Both the position numbers and the translations under genes were made by a program. A DNA stretch of 42,053 nt, from the IMG/VR virus record IMGVR_UViG_3300016484_001275, positions 1 through 42,053 of that record. One strand, given 5' to 3'. The notes beneath the pieces are model-generated. The model was not told where the DNA came from. It ran no database searches and saw nothing but the letters and a program-made list of their open reading frames with translations. The stretch is from a virus. Lineage: Duplodnaviria; Caudoviricetes. The stretch's first letter is position 1. Each line of letters opens with the position of its first letter. Positions 17,155 through 25,270 of the stretch are shown one piece after another.

Positions 17155-17198
17155 GCCCCAGCACGCGGACGACGGCGGAAACAGTCGGTCACCGGGGC
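17155..17198 (+). promoter_or_regulatory. Putative RNA operator hairpin, copy 2 (capsid leader)
   Basis: CACGCG..CGAC-GGCGGAAACA-GTCG inside an outer GCCCC/GGGGC stem. Confidence 0.55.
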
Positions 17199-17227
17199 GA
17201 CCTCAACATCGGAGAGAGAAAACCCCC

Positions 17228-18613
17228 ATGACCGTTTCTACCATCGTCACCGGACTGCCCCCGGCGATCGTCGCCCTGATCCAGCAGAACGTCCTCGTTC
17301 GTGCGTTCGAGGAGAACCTGTTCCCTCGCCTTCTCTTCCGCTCGGAGGCGACTCCGGAGCGTTGGGAGACGAACCTCGGCGAGACGAAGATCTGGACGCG
17401 TCCGGGCCTGCTCCCGCGCGTCACGCGTCCGCTCACGCCGGGCGTCGATCCGGTCGCGGAGACGTACGGAGTGGAGCAGTGGAAGGCGACGGCGAGCCAG
17501 TACGGCTCGAGCATCCCGACGCACATGCCGTCGTCGGTCGTCGCGCTCGCGCCGCTCTACACGCGGAACATCCAGGAGCTCGGCAAGCAGGCCGGTCTCT
17601 CGGTCAACGGGCTCGCGCGCGACGCGCTCTTCCGCGCCTACGGCGCGGGCGGCAACAGCGTGATCACCGCCGTCGCGGCGGCGGGCGCGTTCACGGCGCG
17701 CGTCGCGTCGATCGCCGGATTCTCGGAGAAGGCGTTCAACTCGACCCCGACTCCGGTCTCGCTCCTGAACCCGCTCACGGTGACGTTCCCGGGCACCGCC
17801 GAGGTCGCCAACACCGTCGTCGCGGCGATCCCGGACGATCCGATGTTTCCGTACGGTCCGGGCACGCTCCAGTTCGGCGCGGCGCTCACGACCGGTCTCG
17901 CGAACCGAGACGCGATCCGCGCGGCGAACGCGTCGCTCGTCATCCGTTCGGGCGGCGGTAACTCGGTCGACGCGCTCACGTCGACCGACGTCCTCACGCT
18001 TCAGGACGTGATCAACGCGGTCGCGCAGATGCGGTCGAACAACGTGCCTCCGACGGCGGACGGGTACTACCACGTTCACCTGACGCCGGAGGGCGAGGCG
18101 CAGCTCTACGCGGACCAGCAGTTCCGGCAGCTCTTCCAGTCGCTCCCGGACTCGATGGAGTACCGCGACCTCGCGATCGGTCAGCTCATCGGCTGTCGGT
18201 TCTACCGCAACAGCGAGGTTCCGAATGTGATGAACGTCGGAGCCACCGCCGTCTCGTCCTCGTCGGCGGTCGTCGCGAAGGAGATCGGCATCGAGGTCGC
18301 GAACAACACCGGTCTCGCGGTTCGTCGCGCGATCATCCTCGGGGGCTCGGCGCTGTACGAGCCGTACCTCGACGAGTCGGCGTTCATCACCGCCGCCGGC
18401 GTGAACGGGAAGATCGGCGAGTTCGACGTCGTGAACGGCGGCGTGACCGTCCTCACCGACCGGATCCGCCTGATCCTCCGCGCCCCCCAGGACAAGCTCC
18501 AGCAGATGCTCGACTCGTCCTGGTCGTGGTCCGGAGACTTCGCGGTCCCGAGCGACGAGCTGACCGGCTCGGCGTCGCGGTTCAAGCGCGGCGTCGTCAT
18601 CGAGCACGCCTGA
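17228..18613 (+). CDS. Major capsid protein
   Basis: 461 aa after scaffold; GGAGAG RBS; HK97-fold-like features (GETKIWTRPG, LTLQDVINAVAQM, YYHVHLTP, IGQLIGCRFY); C-terminal RGVVIEHA. Confidence 0.85.
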   Translation: MTVSTIVTGLPPAIVALIQQNVLVRAFEENLFPRLLFRSEATPERWETNLGETKIWTRPGLLPRVTRPLTPGVDPVAETYGVEQWKATASQYGSSIPTHMPSSVVALAPLYTRNIQELGKQAGLSVNGLARDALFRAYGAGGNSVITAVAAAGAFTARVASIAGFSEKAFNSTPTPVSLLNPLTVTFPGTAEVANTVVAAIPDDPMFPYGPGTLQFGAALTTGLANRDAIRAANASLVIRSGGGNSVDALTSTDVLTLQDVINAVAQMRSNNVPPTADGYYHVHLTPEGEAQLYADQQFRQLFQSLPDSMEYRDLAIGQLIGCRFYRNSEVPNVMNVGATAVSSSSAVVAKEIGIEVANNTGLAVRRAIILGGSALYEPYLDESAFITAAGVNGKIGEFDVVNGGVTVLTDRIRLILRAPQDKLQQMLDSSWSWSGDFAVPSDELTGSASRFKRGVVIEHA

Positions 18614-18643
18614 CCCACCTGGCAGCCTGACGGCAGCCTCGAA

Positions 18644-18674
18644 CGAGCCCTGGGCGGTCTCCGCTCGGGGCTCG
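18644..18674 (+). terminator. Terminator-like hairpin after the capsid gene
   Basis: CGAGCCCTGGGCGG-TCT-CCGCTCGGGGCTCG 14-bp stem with two G-U pairs; weak U tail. Confidence 0.5.
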
Positions 18675-18731
18675 GTCGTTCCGTCGACTCCGCAGGCTGA
18701 CAGACGGCGTCCCGGCTGTTACGGTCCACGC

Positions 18732-19061
18732 ATGGCGAAGACCAAGAAGACCAAGAGCGCGGGCGACGAAGTCGAGACGTCGACCGAGACCGAGGACACG
18801 GCGGAGACGTCGACCGAGGAGACGGCGTCGCAGCCTCTCGTCGCGAGCGCTCCGGAACCCGAGACGGTCCGACCATCGGGGGCTCCGGCGGCGGAGCCTC
18901 ACCATCGGTTCGTCGTCCTCTCGGACGGCGTCTACGCGCAGGACGGGCGGATCGTCCATGTGCGGGCCGGGAAGATCCTCGATACGCGTCACGTCGACCT
19001 CGTATCGATCGTCTCCGCCATGCGGCGAGGGAAGCTTCACGCGTCGCGTATGGGGGGCTGA
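18732..19061 (+). CDS. Hypothetical protein with acidic low-complexity N-terminus
   Basis: ATG 6 nt after TGtTACGGT; common post-capsid small gene position. Confidence 0.65.
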   Translation: MAKTKKTKSAGDEVETSTETEDTAETSTEETASQPLVASAPEPETVRPSGAPAAEPHHRFVVLSDGVYAQDGRIVHVRAGKILDTRHVDLVSIVSAMRRGKLHASRMGG

Positions 19062-19064
19062 CCG

Positions 19065-19475
19065 ATGGCGACGCTGACCGACGCGCAGAAGGACCGGATC
19101 TGCCACTTTCTCGGGTATCCGAGATTCTCCCAGCTCGCGCAGTCGATCCAGCTCGGCTATCCAGCGGCGACACAGCCGATGTTCCTCGTTCTCGACGCGT
19201 TCCATCGGATCACTCCGGGCGGCGTCGATTCGATCCTGAGGGACCTCTGCGAGTGCGAGTCGATCGAGGCGCAGCTCTCGTCGGCGCGCGGCCGGATGAA
19301 GGCGGAGAGCGTCGGTCAGGTGACGCTGAACGCGGCGGAGACGAAGATGCTCCGATCCGAGTTGATGTATTGGACGAAGCGTCTCGCCGATGACCTCGGC
19401 GTGAACGTGAATCCCTACAGCCAGATGTCCTGGCTTGGGATGCAGGACGGCGTGAACGCGAAGGTGAGCGGATGA
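19065..19475 (+). CDS. Probable head-tail adaptor/connector
   Basis: LTDAQKDRICHFLGYP N-terminus, helical 136 aa, KAESVGQV; position after capsid. Confidence 0.6.
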   Translation: MATLTDAQKDRICHFLGYPRFSQLAQSIQLGYPAATQPMFLVLDAFHRITPGGVDSILRDLCECESIEAQLSSARGRMKAESVGQVTLNAAETKMLRSELMYWTKRLADDLGVNVNPYSQMSWLGMQDGVNAKVSG

Positions 19476-19711
19476 AGAAGTCGATGCAGGTGACGGCGCT
19501 GGCGGCGATGGTCGTCGTCGGCGGTTGCGGGTGGCGCGAGAACCATCGCGCGCTCGTGCGGTACCAGGCGGTGGTCGAGGACTGCGAGACTCGCGCTGAC
19601 GCGATCGTCGCACGTCCCGGGACGACTCGGGAGCAGGACATGGAGGACCTCCGAGCGCTCCGCGCGGAGTGCGAGGCGGCGGAAGCGGTCGCGGCCGGAG
19701 GTGTGCAGTGA
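19472..19711 (+). CDS. Small putative lipoprotein
   Basis: MKK, hydrophobic ALAAMVVV, then GGC lipobox-like motif; helical body. Confidence 0.55.
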   Translation: MKKSMQVTALAAMVVVGGCGWRENHRALVRYQAVVEDCETRADAIVARPGTTREQDMEDLRALRAECEAAEAVAAGGVQ

Positions 19712-19938
19712 GCCGAATCGGAGACGCGCTCGACGGCGCGAAGGACCTGGCGAAGGACGTCGACGTATCGGACGTCGTCGAGTTCATCGTGGAGGCGATC
19801 CCGAAGCTCGTCGCGTTCTACAAGTCGCATTCGAAGCGCGGCGTGAAGGCGGCGATCGTGAAGCTCGATCGACGTCTCGCGATGCACTTCGACGCGGCGG
19901 AGGAAGCGATCGACGAGAAGCACCGAGGCGAGCCGTGA
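19708..19938 (+). CDS. Small amphipathic hypothetical protein
   Basis: GGAGG RBS; GTG 19708 overlaps the upstream stop; TGATG overlap with next gene. Confidence 0.55.
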   Translation: MSRIGDALDGAKDLAKDVDVSDVVEFIVEAIPKLVAFYKSHSKRGVKAAIVKLDRRLAMHFDAAEEAIDEKHRGEP

Positions 19939-20525
19939 TGAATCCGAGAGGAGGGAACCAGCCGAACCTCGACGCGGGGCTGCGCCCGGTCTGCTCTCCT
20001 CTCGATTCGCTCGCGGAGTCGCTGGCCGACGTCGTCGACGATGCGAACCAGCTCGTCGTCGACCTCGGGCTGCGACCGTATCGCGTGTTCGCGGTCACCT
20101 ACCGGTGGAGCGGCGGCGCGGTGGGGCTCGGAACGGCGTCCGTTTTTTCGGAGGTCGAGTTCCTCCCGACTCCTCTCGTCGGCTCGTTGAACAGCGTCAC
20201 GGAGGAGCACAAGGAGGCGGGGCTCGTCGAGCGCGGGACGGTGACGATCTCGGGCATCTCGCTCCGGTACACGGAGGACCAGCTCAACGACATGTGTCGC
20301 GGCGGCGCGCTCTGCACGGGCGCGGAATACGAGACGTTTATCGAGGTGACGAGCGACCGCGACGGGAGCGCGGACCGTCGGCGCTTCACGCTCGACGGCG
20401 TCCCGTACCGCGACATGGAGGCGATGGCCTGGCGCGTCACCGTCATGCGCCAGGACGGCGGGCGGAACCGGGACGGGAGCGTCTCGAACATCGGGATGCG
20501 TGATCCGTTCGCGAGGCGTCGATGA
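19938..20525 (+). CDS. Probable head-closure/neck protein
   Basis: Beta-rich, in the neck module; ATG 19938 coupled to upstream stop. Confidence 0.55.
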   Translation: MNPRGGNQPNLDAGLRPVCSPLDSLAESLADVVDDANQLVVDLGLRPYRVFAVTYRWSGGAVGLGTASVFSEVEFLPTPLVGSLNSVTEEHKEAGLVERGTVTISGISLRYTEDQLNDMCRGGALCTGAEYETFIEVTSDRDGSADRRRFTLDGVPYRDMEAMAWRVTVMRQDGGRNRDGSVSNIGMRDPFARRR

Positions 20526-21100
20526 CCACTCGGACGATGTCTCTGACGCAGTTCCAAGCGTTCATCGGGAAGCTCGACGCGAAGACCGAGGCGGCGGCGG
20601 TGCGAGGGTTTCGGCGCGCGGCGGCGTTCCTGCACGGGCGCGTCGTGCTCGAGATCAAGCAGGCGCAGCCGCATCCGGCGGTGGACACGGGCGAGCTCGC
20701 GAACAGCGTGAACACGACGATGATCCCGGGCGGCGCGATCGTGTCGGTCGATGCGCCGCACGCGCCGGTGATGGAGTACGGGCGGCGCGCGGGATCGAGG
20801 ATGCCTCCGGTCGACGCGATCGCGGACTGGGTTCGGCGGAAGGGGCTCGCGGGAGCGCCGCGCGCGGGGAAGCGCAGCGCGGCGTCGTACGAGAGTGCCA
20901 TCCGTGGGATCGCGTTCGTGATCGCACGGTCGATCGCGCAGAAGGGCGTCGTGCCTCGAGCGTTCTTCCGGAAGGCGTGGGATCGGTCGGTCAGCTCGAT
21001 GGCGATCCTCGTCTCGTCGGAGATCGTCGGCGCGGGATGGCGGGCGACTCCGTCGGCGCGGAGGAAGCTCGCGGATGGGTTCCGGAGGGCAGCGCGATGA
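20522..21100 (+). CDS. HK97 gp10-like neck/tail-completion protein
   Basis: AVDTGELANS...APHAPVMEYG...PRAFFRKAW motifs. Confidence 0.75.
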   Translation: MTTRTMSLTQFQAFIGKLDAKTEAAAVRGFRRAAAFLHGRVVLEIKQAQPHPAVDTGELANSVNTTMIPGGAIVSVDAPHAPVMEYGRRAGSRMPPVDAIADWVRRKGLAGAPRAGKRSAASYESAIRGIAFVIARSIAQKGVVPRAFFRKAWDRSVSSMAILVSSEIVGAGWRATPSARRKLADGFRRAAR

Positions 21101-21801
21101 CGGTTGGTGACGTCCTGAATCCGATCCTTCTGCCGTCGTGCGAGGTCGGGACGATCGATCCGCGTCAGGCGGTTGCCGAGGCGCTGGCGGCGTACCTGTT
21201 CGCGGCGCGGTTCCGACGTTGGAACGGCGCGGACCTGCGGGAGCCGTACACGGACTTCCAGCTCCGAGCGGTGACGCGAGAGTGGCCGGAGGACGGTACC
21301 GACCTCGTCTATCCGTGCGCATCGATCGTCGATTACGGAGCGGGCGCGTACTCGGCGTCGAGCTTCTCGCCGACGGTGCTCGAGGAGACCAACGACAAGT
21401 TCGGTCCCGGCACCGTCGTCTGGAAACTCTCGGAGCTCGAGGCGGACTTTCAGGTCGATTTCTGGACGACAGATCTTCCGACCCGCGAGGCGATCGCGGC
21501 GTCGCTCCCCCGGCTGTTCGCTCCGGGCGAGACGCAGGACCTGCGGCTCGCGACGTCGGAGCGGTACTACAACGCGCCCTGCCGTCTCTCCCTGGTCTCC
21601 GTGGAGCGAATGGACGACGAGGGGACGGCACCGGCGCGGGAGCGGCGACTGCGGGCCGTGGTGCGTACCGTCGTATCGGTGCTCGACCTGCGGGTCGCGC
21701 GTCGTGCTAGCCTCTCGGCTCGAATCGTAGCCATCGGTCCCGGCGTCACGGTGGACGCGAACGAGGACAACGAAAGAACCACCGGAGAGAACTGCCCATG
21801 A
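21097..21801 (+). CDS. Probable tail terminator
   Basis: Directly before the sheath; YPCASI and FQVDFW motifs; ATG 21097 coupled. Confidence 0.55.
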   Translation: MTVGDVLNPILLPSCEVGTIDPRQAVAEALAAYLFAARFRRWNGADLREPYTDFQLRAVTREWPEDGTDLVYPCASIVDYGAGAYSASSFSPTVLEETNDKFGPGTVVWKLSELEADFQVDFWTTDLPTREAIAASLPRLFAPGETQDLRLATSERYYNAPCRLSLVSVERMDDEGTAPARERRLRAVVRTVVSVLDLRVARRASLSARIVAIGPGVTVDANEDNERTTGENCP

Positions 21802-24068
21802 CTGCCTTCACTCGACGTTTCCTCGAATCGCCCCTGCTCTCGACGCTCACCGAGATCGAGGCGGTGAACATCATCGATCGCGCGCCGCAGACGGCGTTCC
21901 TGGGCGTCGGCTCGGGCACGGTTCTCGTCGTCGGCGAGTTCGAAGACGGCCCGTTCATCTCGGGCGGCGATTCGACCGCCTACGTGAACCCGACCGAGGT
22001 GGCCGGCATCCTCGGCGTCTCGTCGCAGGCGATCGTTGAGGTCTACTCCGACGTCGACCAGCGGAAGAAGTTCGGCGGGCTCGGGTTCGTGAAGAACGGC
22101 GTGCAGGCGGTGAACCCGTGCGCGCGTCTCCGCGCGGGCGAGCTGTGGAACGGGAACGGCTACCTGAAGACGAAGGGGCTCCGCGCGCAGAAGCTGATGA
22201 TCGCGCGCGTGGACACCTCGGTCGGCGATGTGACGCTGTTCCCGCTCGCGGTGGTCGAGGGAACGGTGCGCGGGCCGTTCACGCTCTCGGTGGGAGATGT
22301 CGTGGACGTGACGACCGACCAGGGCGGCCCGGCGGCGTCCTCCGCGCTCGCCGCGACGGTCGCGACGGCGTCGGGCGCGGCGTTCGTCAGCTCGACCTTC
22401 GTGGGTGGCGAGCAGATCGGGATCTCGATCGACGGCAACGCTCCGTTCACCGTCACGTTCTCGGCGGCGGACCAGACCCCGGCGGAGGTCGCGGCGCGGA
22501 TCAACCTCGCGGCGGGCGCTGTTATCGCGGTCGTGAACGCGGGGGCAGTCGACATCTCCGGGTTCGTTCAGGGCACCGACGGCGAGGTCGCGCTGAGCGA
22601 CGTCACGACGGGCGCGCTCGCTCTCATCGGTCACGCGACGGGCGTCGACGCTGGCGGCGGCAACGTGGGGAACATCCTCGCGGTCGAAGCGTCGGAGCTG
22701 GCGACGATCATCAACGCGACCGTCGCGCTGACGGCGATCGGCGTTGTCGCATCGGTCACCCCGGATGGTCGACTCCGTATCGCGTCGAAGTCGCTCGCGG
22801 GAGGGAGCGTGGAGATCGGAGCCGGTCCGATCCAGGACGTCCTCGGGTTCGTTCTCGCACCGGTCGTGGCCGGCGCGCACGCGGGCGGACAGATCCCGGC
22901 TGGCACGCGCGTTCGTACCGGCGCGGGCGCGGAGTGGGTCACGATGCAGACCCTGACGATCCGCCCCGGGTCCGACTTCCCCGGCGGAGCGAACACCGAT
23001 CCGATCGTCGTGAAGGTTCGGCCCGCGCTGGACAACGGGAGCGCGATCGGCGCGATCGCGACGGCGGTCAACGTGCTCGTCGCGGAAGACCAGCCGTCGT
23101 TCGCTTCGTTCGCGGTCCGGAACGCTCAGGCGCTCGCTCCGTCGATGAATGACGCGAGCCTGGACCTGACCTACGCGGACGCGTTCCAGCGGGTGAAGTC
23201 GATCACGGCTCCGAGTCGCGTCGCCAACTTCATGCTGTCGGCGCGTCGGACGTCGGCGGTGGTTCGGGCGGCGCGTCTCTCGGTCATCGAAGCGAGCGAC
23301 CAGGGCTGTTTCGGGCGGAAGTTCATCACCCGCAGCCCGCTCGCGTTCGGCGCGGACCAGGCGATCGCGGACGTCGCGCAGTACCGGTCGGACCGGCTCT
23401 ACTACACGACGATCCCGATGAAGCTCTACGTTCCGGAGATCGCGGCGCGCGGTACGGACGGCGGGATCGGGTTCACGGCGAACGGCGTGATCGACGTCGG
23501 CGCGGACACGGCGCTGGCGACGCTCTGCGCGAGCCTCGCGCCCGAGGAAGATCCGGGACAGCAGACGGCGCTCCTCGGGGCGTGGCTCGGTCTCGGAGAC
23601 GTCGCGAACGACTACACGATCGAGACGTACACGGCGTTCCGTCGCGCGGGCATCTGCGCGCCGCGTCGCGACACGTTCGCTCCGGGGCTGTTCTTCCAGT
23701 CGGGCGTGACCTCGTCGACCGAGTCCGGACGTACGGAAATCCAGCGTCGGAACATGGCGGACTTCGTCCAGGACTCGCTCGCGATCATCTCGCTCCCGTA
23801 TTCGAAGCGGAACCCGACGCAGCAGATCCGGTCGGCGTTCATCGGCGACGTGGACTCGTTCCTCGCGACGCTGAAGTCCGAGGAGAACCCGGATCGCCAG
23901 CGGATCGTGAACTACGCGATCGACTCGCGATCGGGGAACAGCCCGGAGTCGGAGGCGATGGGGATCTTCCGGATCCTCGTGAAGGTCCGGACGCTCTCGT
24001 CGATGAAGTTCATCGAGATCCCGGTGGAGATCGGCGCGGGCGTCGTGATCACGGATGTCGCGGCCTGA
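21798..24068 (+). CDS. Contractile tail sheath protein
   Basis: 756 aa; VGEFEDGP N-terminal motif; C-terminal FQSGVTS...EIQRRNMADFV...VKVRTLSSMKFI; precedes the tube. Confidence 0.88.
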   Translation: MTAFTRRFLESPLLSTLTEIEAVNIIDRAPQTAFLGVGSGTVLVVGEFEDGPFISGGDSTAYVNPTEVAGILGVSSQAIVEVYSDVDQRKKFGGLGFVKNGVQAVNPCARLRAGELWNGNGYLKTKGLRAQKLMIARVDTSVGDVTLFPLAVVEGTVRGPFTLSVGDVVDVTTDQGGPAASSALAATVATASGAAFVSSTFVGGEQIGISIDGNAPFTVTFSAADQTPAEVAARINLAAGAVIAVVNAGAVDISGFVQGTDGEVALSDVTTGALALIGHATGVDAGGGNVGNILAVEASELATIINATVALTAIGVVASVTPDGRLRIASKSLAGGSVEIGAGPIQDVLGFVLAPVVAGAHAGGQIPAGTRVRTGAGAEWVTMQTLTIRPGSDFPGGANTDPIVVKVRPALDNGSAIGAIATAVNVLVAEDQPSFASFAVRNAQALAPSMNDASLDLTYADAFQRVKSITAPSRVANFMLSARRTSAVVRAARLSVIEASDQGCFGRKFITRSPLAFGADQAIADVAQYRSDRLYYTTIPMKLYVPEIAARGTDGGIGFTANGVIDVGADTALATLCASLAPEEDPGQQTALLGAWLGLGDVANDYTIETYTAFRRAGICAPRRDTFAPGLFFQSGVTSSTESGRTEIQRRNMADFVQDSLAIISLPYSKRNPTQQIRSAFIGDVDSFLATLKSEENPDRQRIVNYAIDSRSGNSPESEAMGIFRILVKVRTLSSMKFIEIPVEIGAGVVITDVAA

Positions 24069-24097
24069 GCGGTCCGCCGAAGGAATAGGAGCCGAAC

Positions 24098-24532
24098 ATG
24101 GCAGATCGTATTCGAGGGCAGGAAGTCATCATCAGCGTCACGGGTCCGCAGGGGAACGTGAGCGCGATCGACGCGGTGCAGTCGTTCGAGGTGGAGCACC
24201 AGATCGACATTCTCTCCGAGGGCTACCTGGGAGAGGTCGCGGAGCGGAAGGACGAGATCTTCACCGGCATCTCCGGGAAGATGGAAGTCCACATCCCGGC
24301 GGCGGAATACCTCGCGTTCGCGCAGCAGGTGATCGACAAGGCGCAGCGCCGGATTCCCGGCACGACGGTCTTCAACATCACGGCCACGCTGAACTTCCCG
24401 GACGGTCGAATCGCGCGCTGCGTCTATCGTGACGTCGCGTTCGGCTCGATCCCGCTGAACGTCGGCGCTCGCGAGGACTACGTCACCAGCACGATCGAGT
24501 TCGCGTGCTCGGCGGTGCGGTTCCTGTTCTGA
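24098..24532 (+). CDS. Tail tube protein
   Basis: 144 aa beta-rich protein after the sheath; AGGAG RBS. Confidence 0.8.
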   Translation: MADRIRGQEVIISVTGPQGNVSAIDAVQSFEVEHQIDILSEGYLGEVAERKDEIFTGISGKMEVHIPAAEYLAFAQQVIDKAQRRIPGTTVFNITATLNFPDGRIARCVYRDVAFGSIPLNVGAREDYVTSTIEFACSAVRFLF

Positions 24533-24626
24533 TCGGAGACGTCGATCGATAGGAGTCGACGCGGCCCGCCACCGAGTGCAAGACTCGGTGAGCGGGCCGA
24601 GTCGTGCCCGGGAAGGCTGGAGAGAG

Positions 24627-25043
24627 ATGGAAGGCAAGAAGAGCGGAGCGATCGCGCGGGCGATGTCGCGAACCACGTCCACGTCGATCGCGGGCGGAGC
24701 GAAGATGCCGCACCGTCGGGTGACGATTAAGGTGCCGGCGGAGATGTGCAACCCGGGCGTGTTCGACGCGGACTTCACCGTGACGATCGAGGGGCTCACG
24801 GCGAAGATCGAGCTCCAGGCGATGACCAAGGCGAAGGGGGACATGCTCTCGATGGCGTACTGGTTCGCCTACTTCGGGATCGCGGAGGTCGACGGCGTCC
24901 CGCTGAACGAGGCCGAGGGCGAGCGCGAATGGTTCTGGGAGGCGCTCGGGCCTGCGCGACAGATGATCCTCGGCGCGTACGCGGCCGGGTGCATGGGAGG
25001 GCAGGAGGCGGGAAAAGCGGTAGCGGAGATGACCGTCGACTGA
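24627..25043 (+). CDS. Tail assembly chaperone (gpG-like)
   Basis: Between tube and tape measure; ends just after slippery site G GGA AAA. Confidence 0.75.
   Translation: MEGKKSGAIARAMSRTTSTSIAGGAKMPHRRVTIKVPAEMCNPGVFDADFTVTIEGLTAKIELQAMTKAKGDMLSMAYWFAYFGIAEVDGVPLNEAEGEREWFWEALGPARQMILGAYAAGCMGGQEAGKAVAEMTVD
25010..25016 (+). other. Programmed -1 ribosomal frameshift site GGGAAAA
   Basis: X XXY YYZ heptamer in frame with the chaperone; the -1 frame is open to 25267. Confidence 0.85.
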
Positions 25044-25267
25044 CCTACGATCAGCTCGCCTACCTCGGCGCGTCGTTCGCGTTCGCGGTAGGTCGAGAGT
25101 CGGAGGAAGCGGCTCGGCGTCGTCTCTGGACTCGCGTTGCGTTCGTCTGCCGGTACGGGAACGTGCCGCTCGAGTCGGCGGTGACTCTGGATACGGGATA
25201 TCTGCTAGAGTTTGCCCGCGCGCTCGGCTCGTTGATCGAGCAGGAGAACACGCCGCGAAAGGGCTGA
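25010..25267 (+). CDS. Frameshift extension of the tail chaperone (gpGT-like C-terminal part)
   Basis: -1 frame encodes protein-like LTYDQLAYLG...RRRLWTRVAFVCRYG...; stop lies 3 nt before the tape measure start. Confidence 0.75.
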   Translation, partial: GKSGSGDDRRLTYDQLAYLGASFAFAVGRESEEAARRRLWTRVAFVCRYGNVPLESAVTLDTGYLLEFARALGSLIEQENTPRKG

Positions 25268-25270
25268 ACG

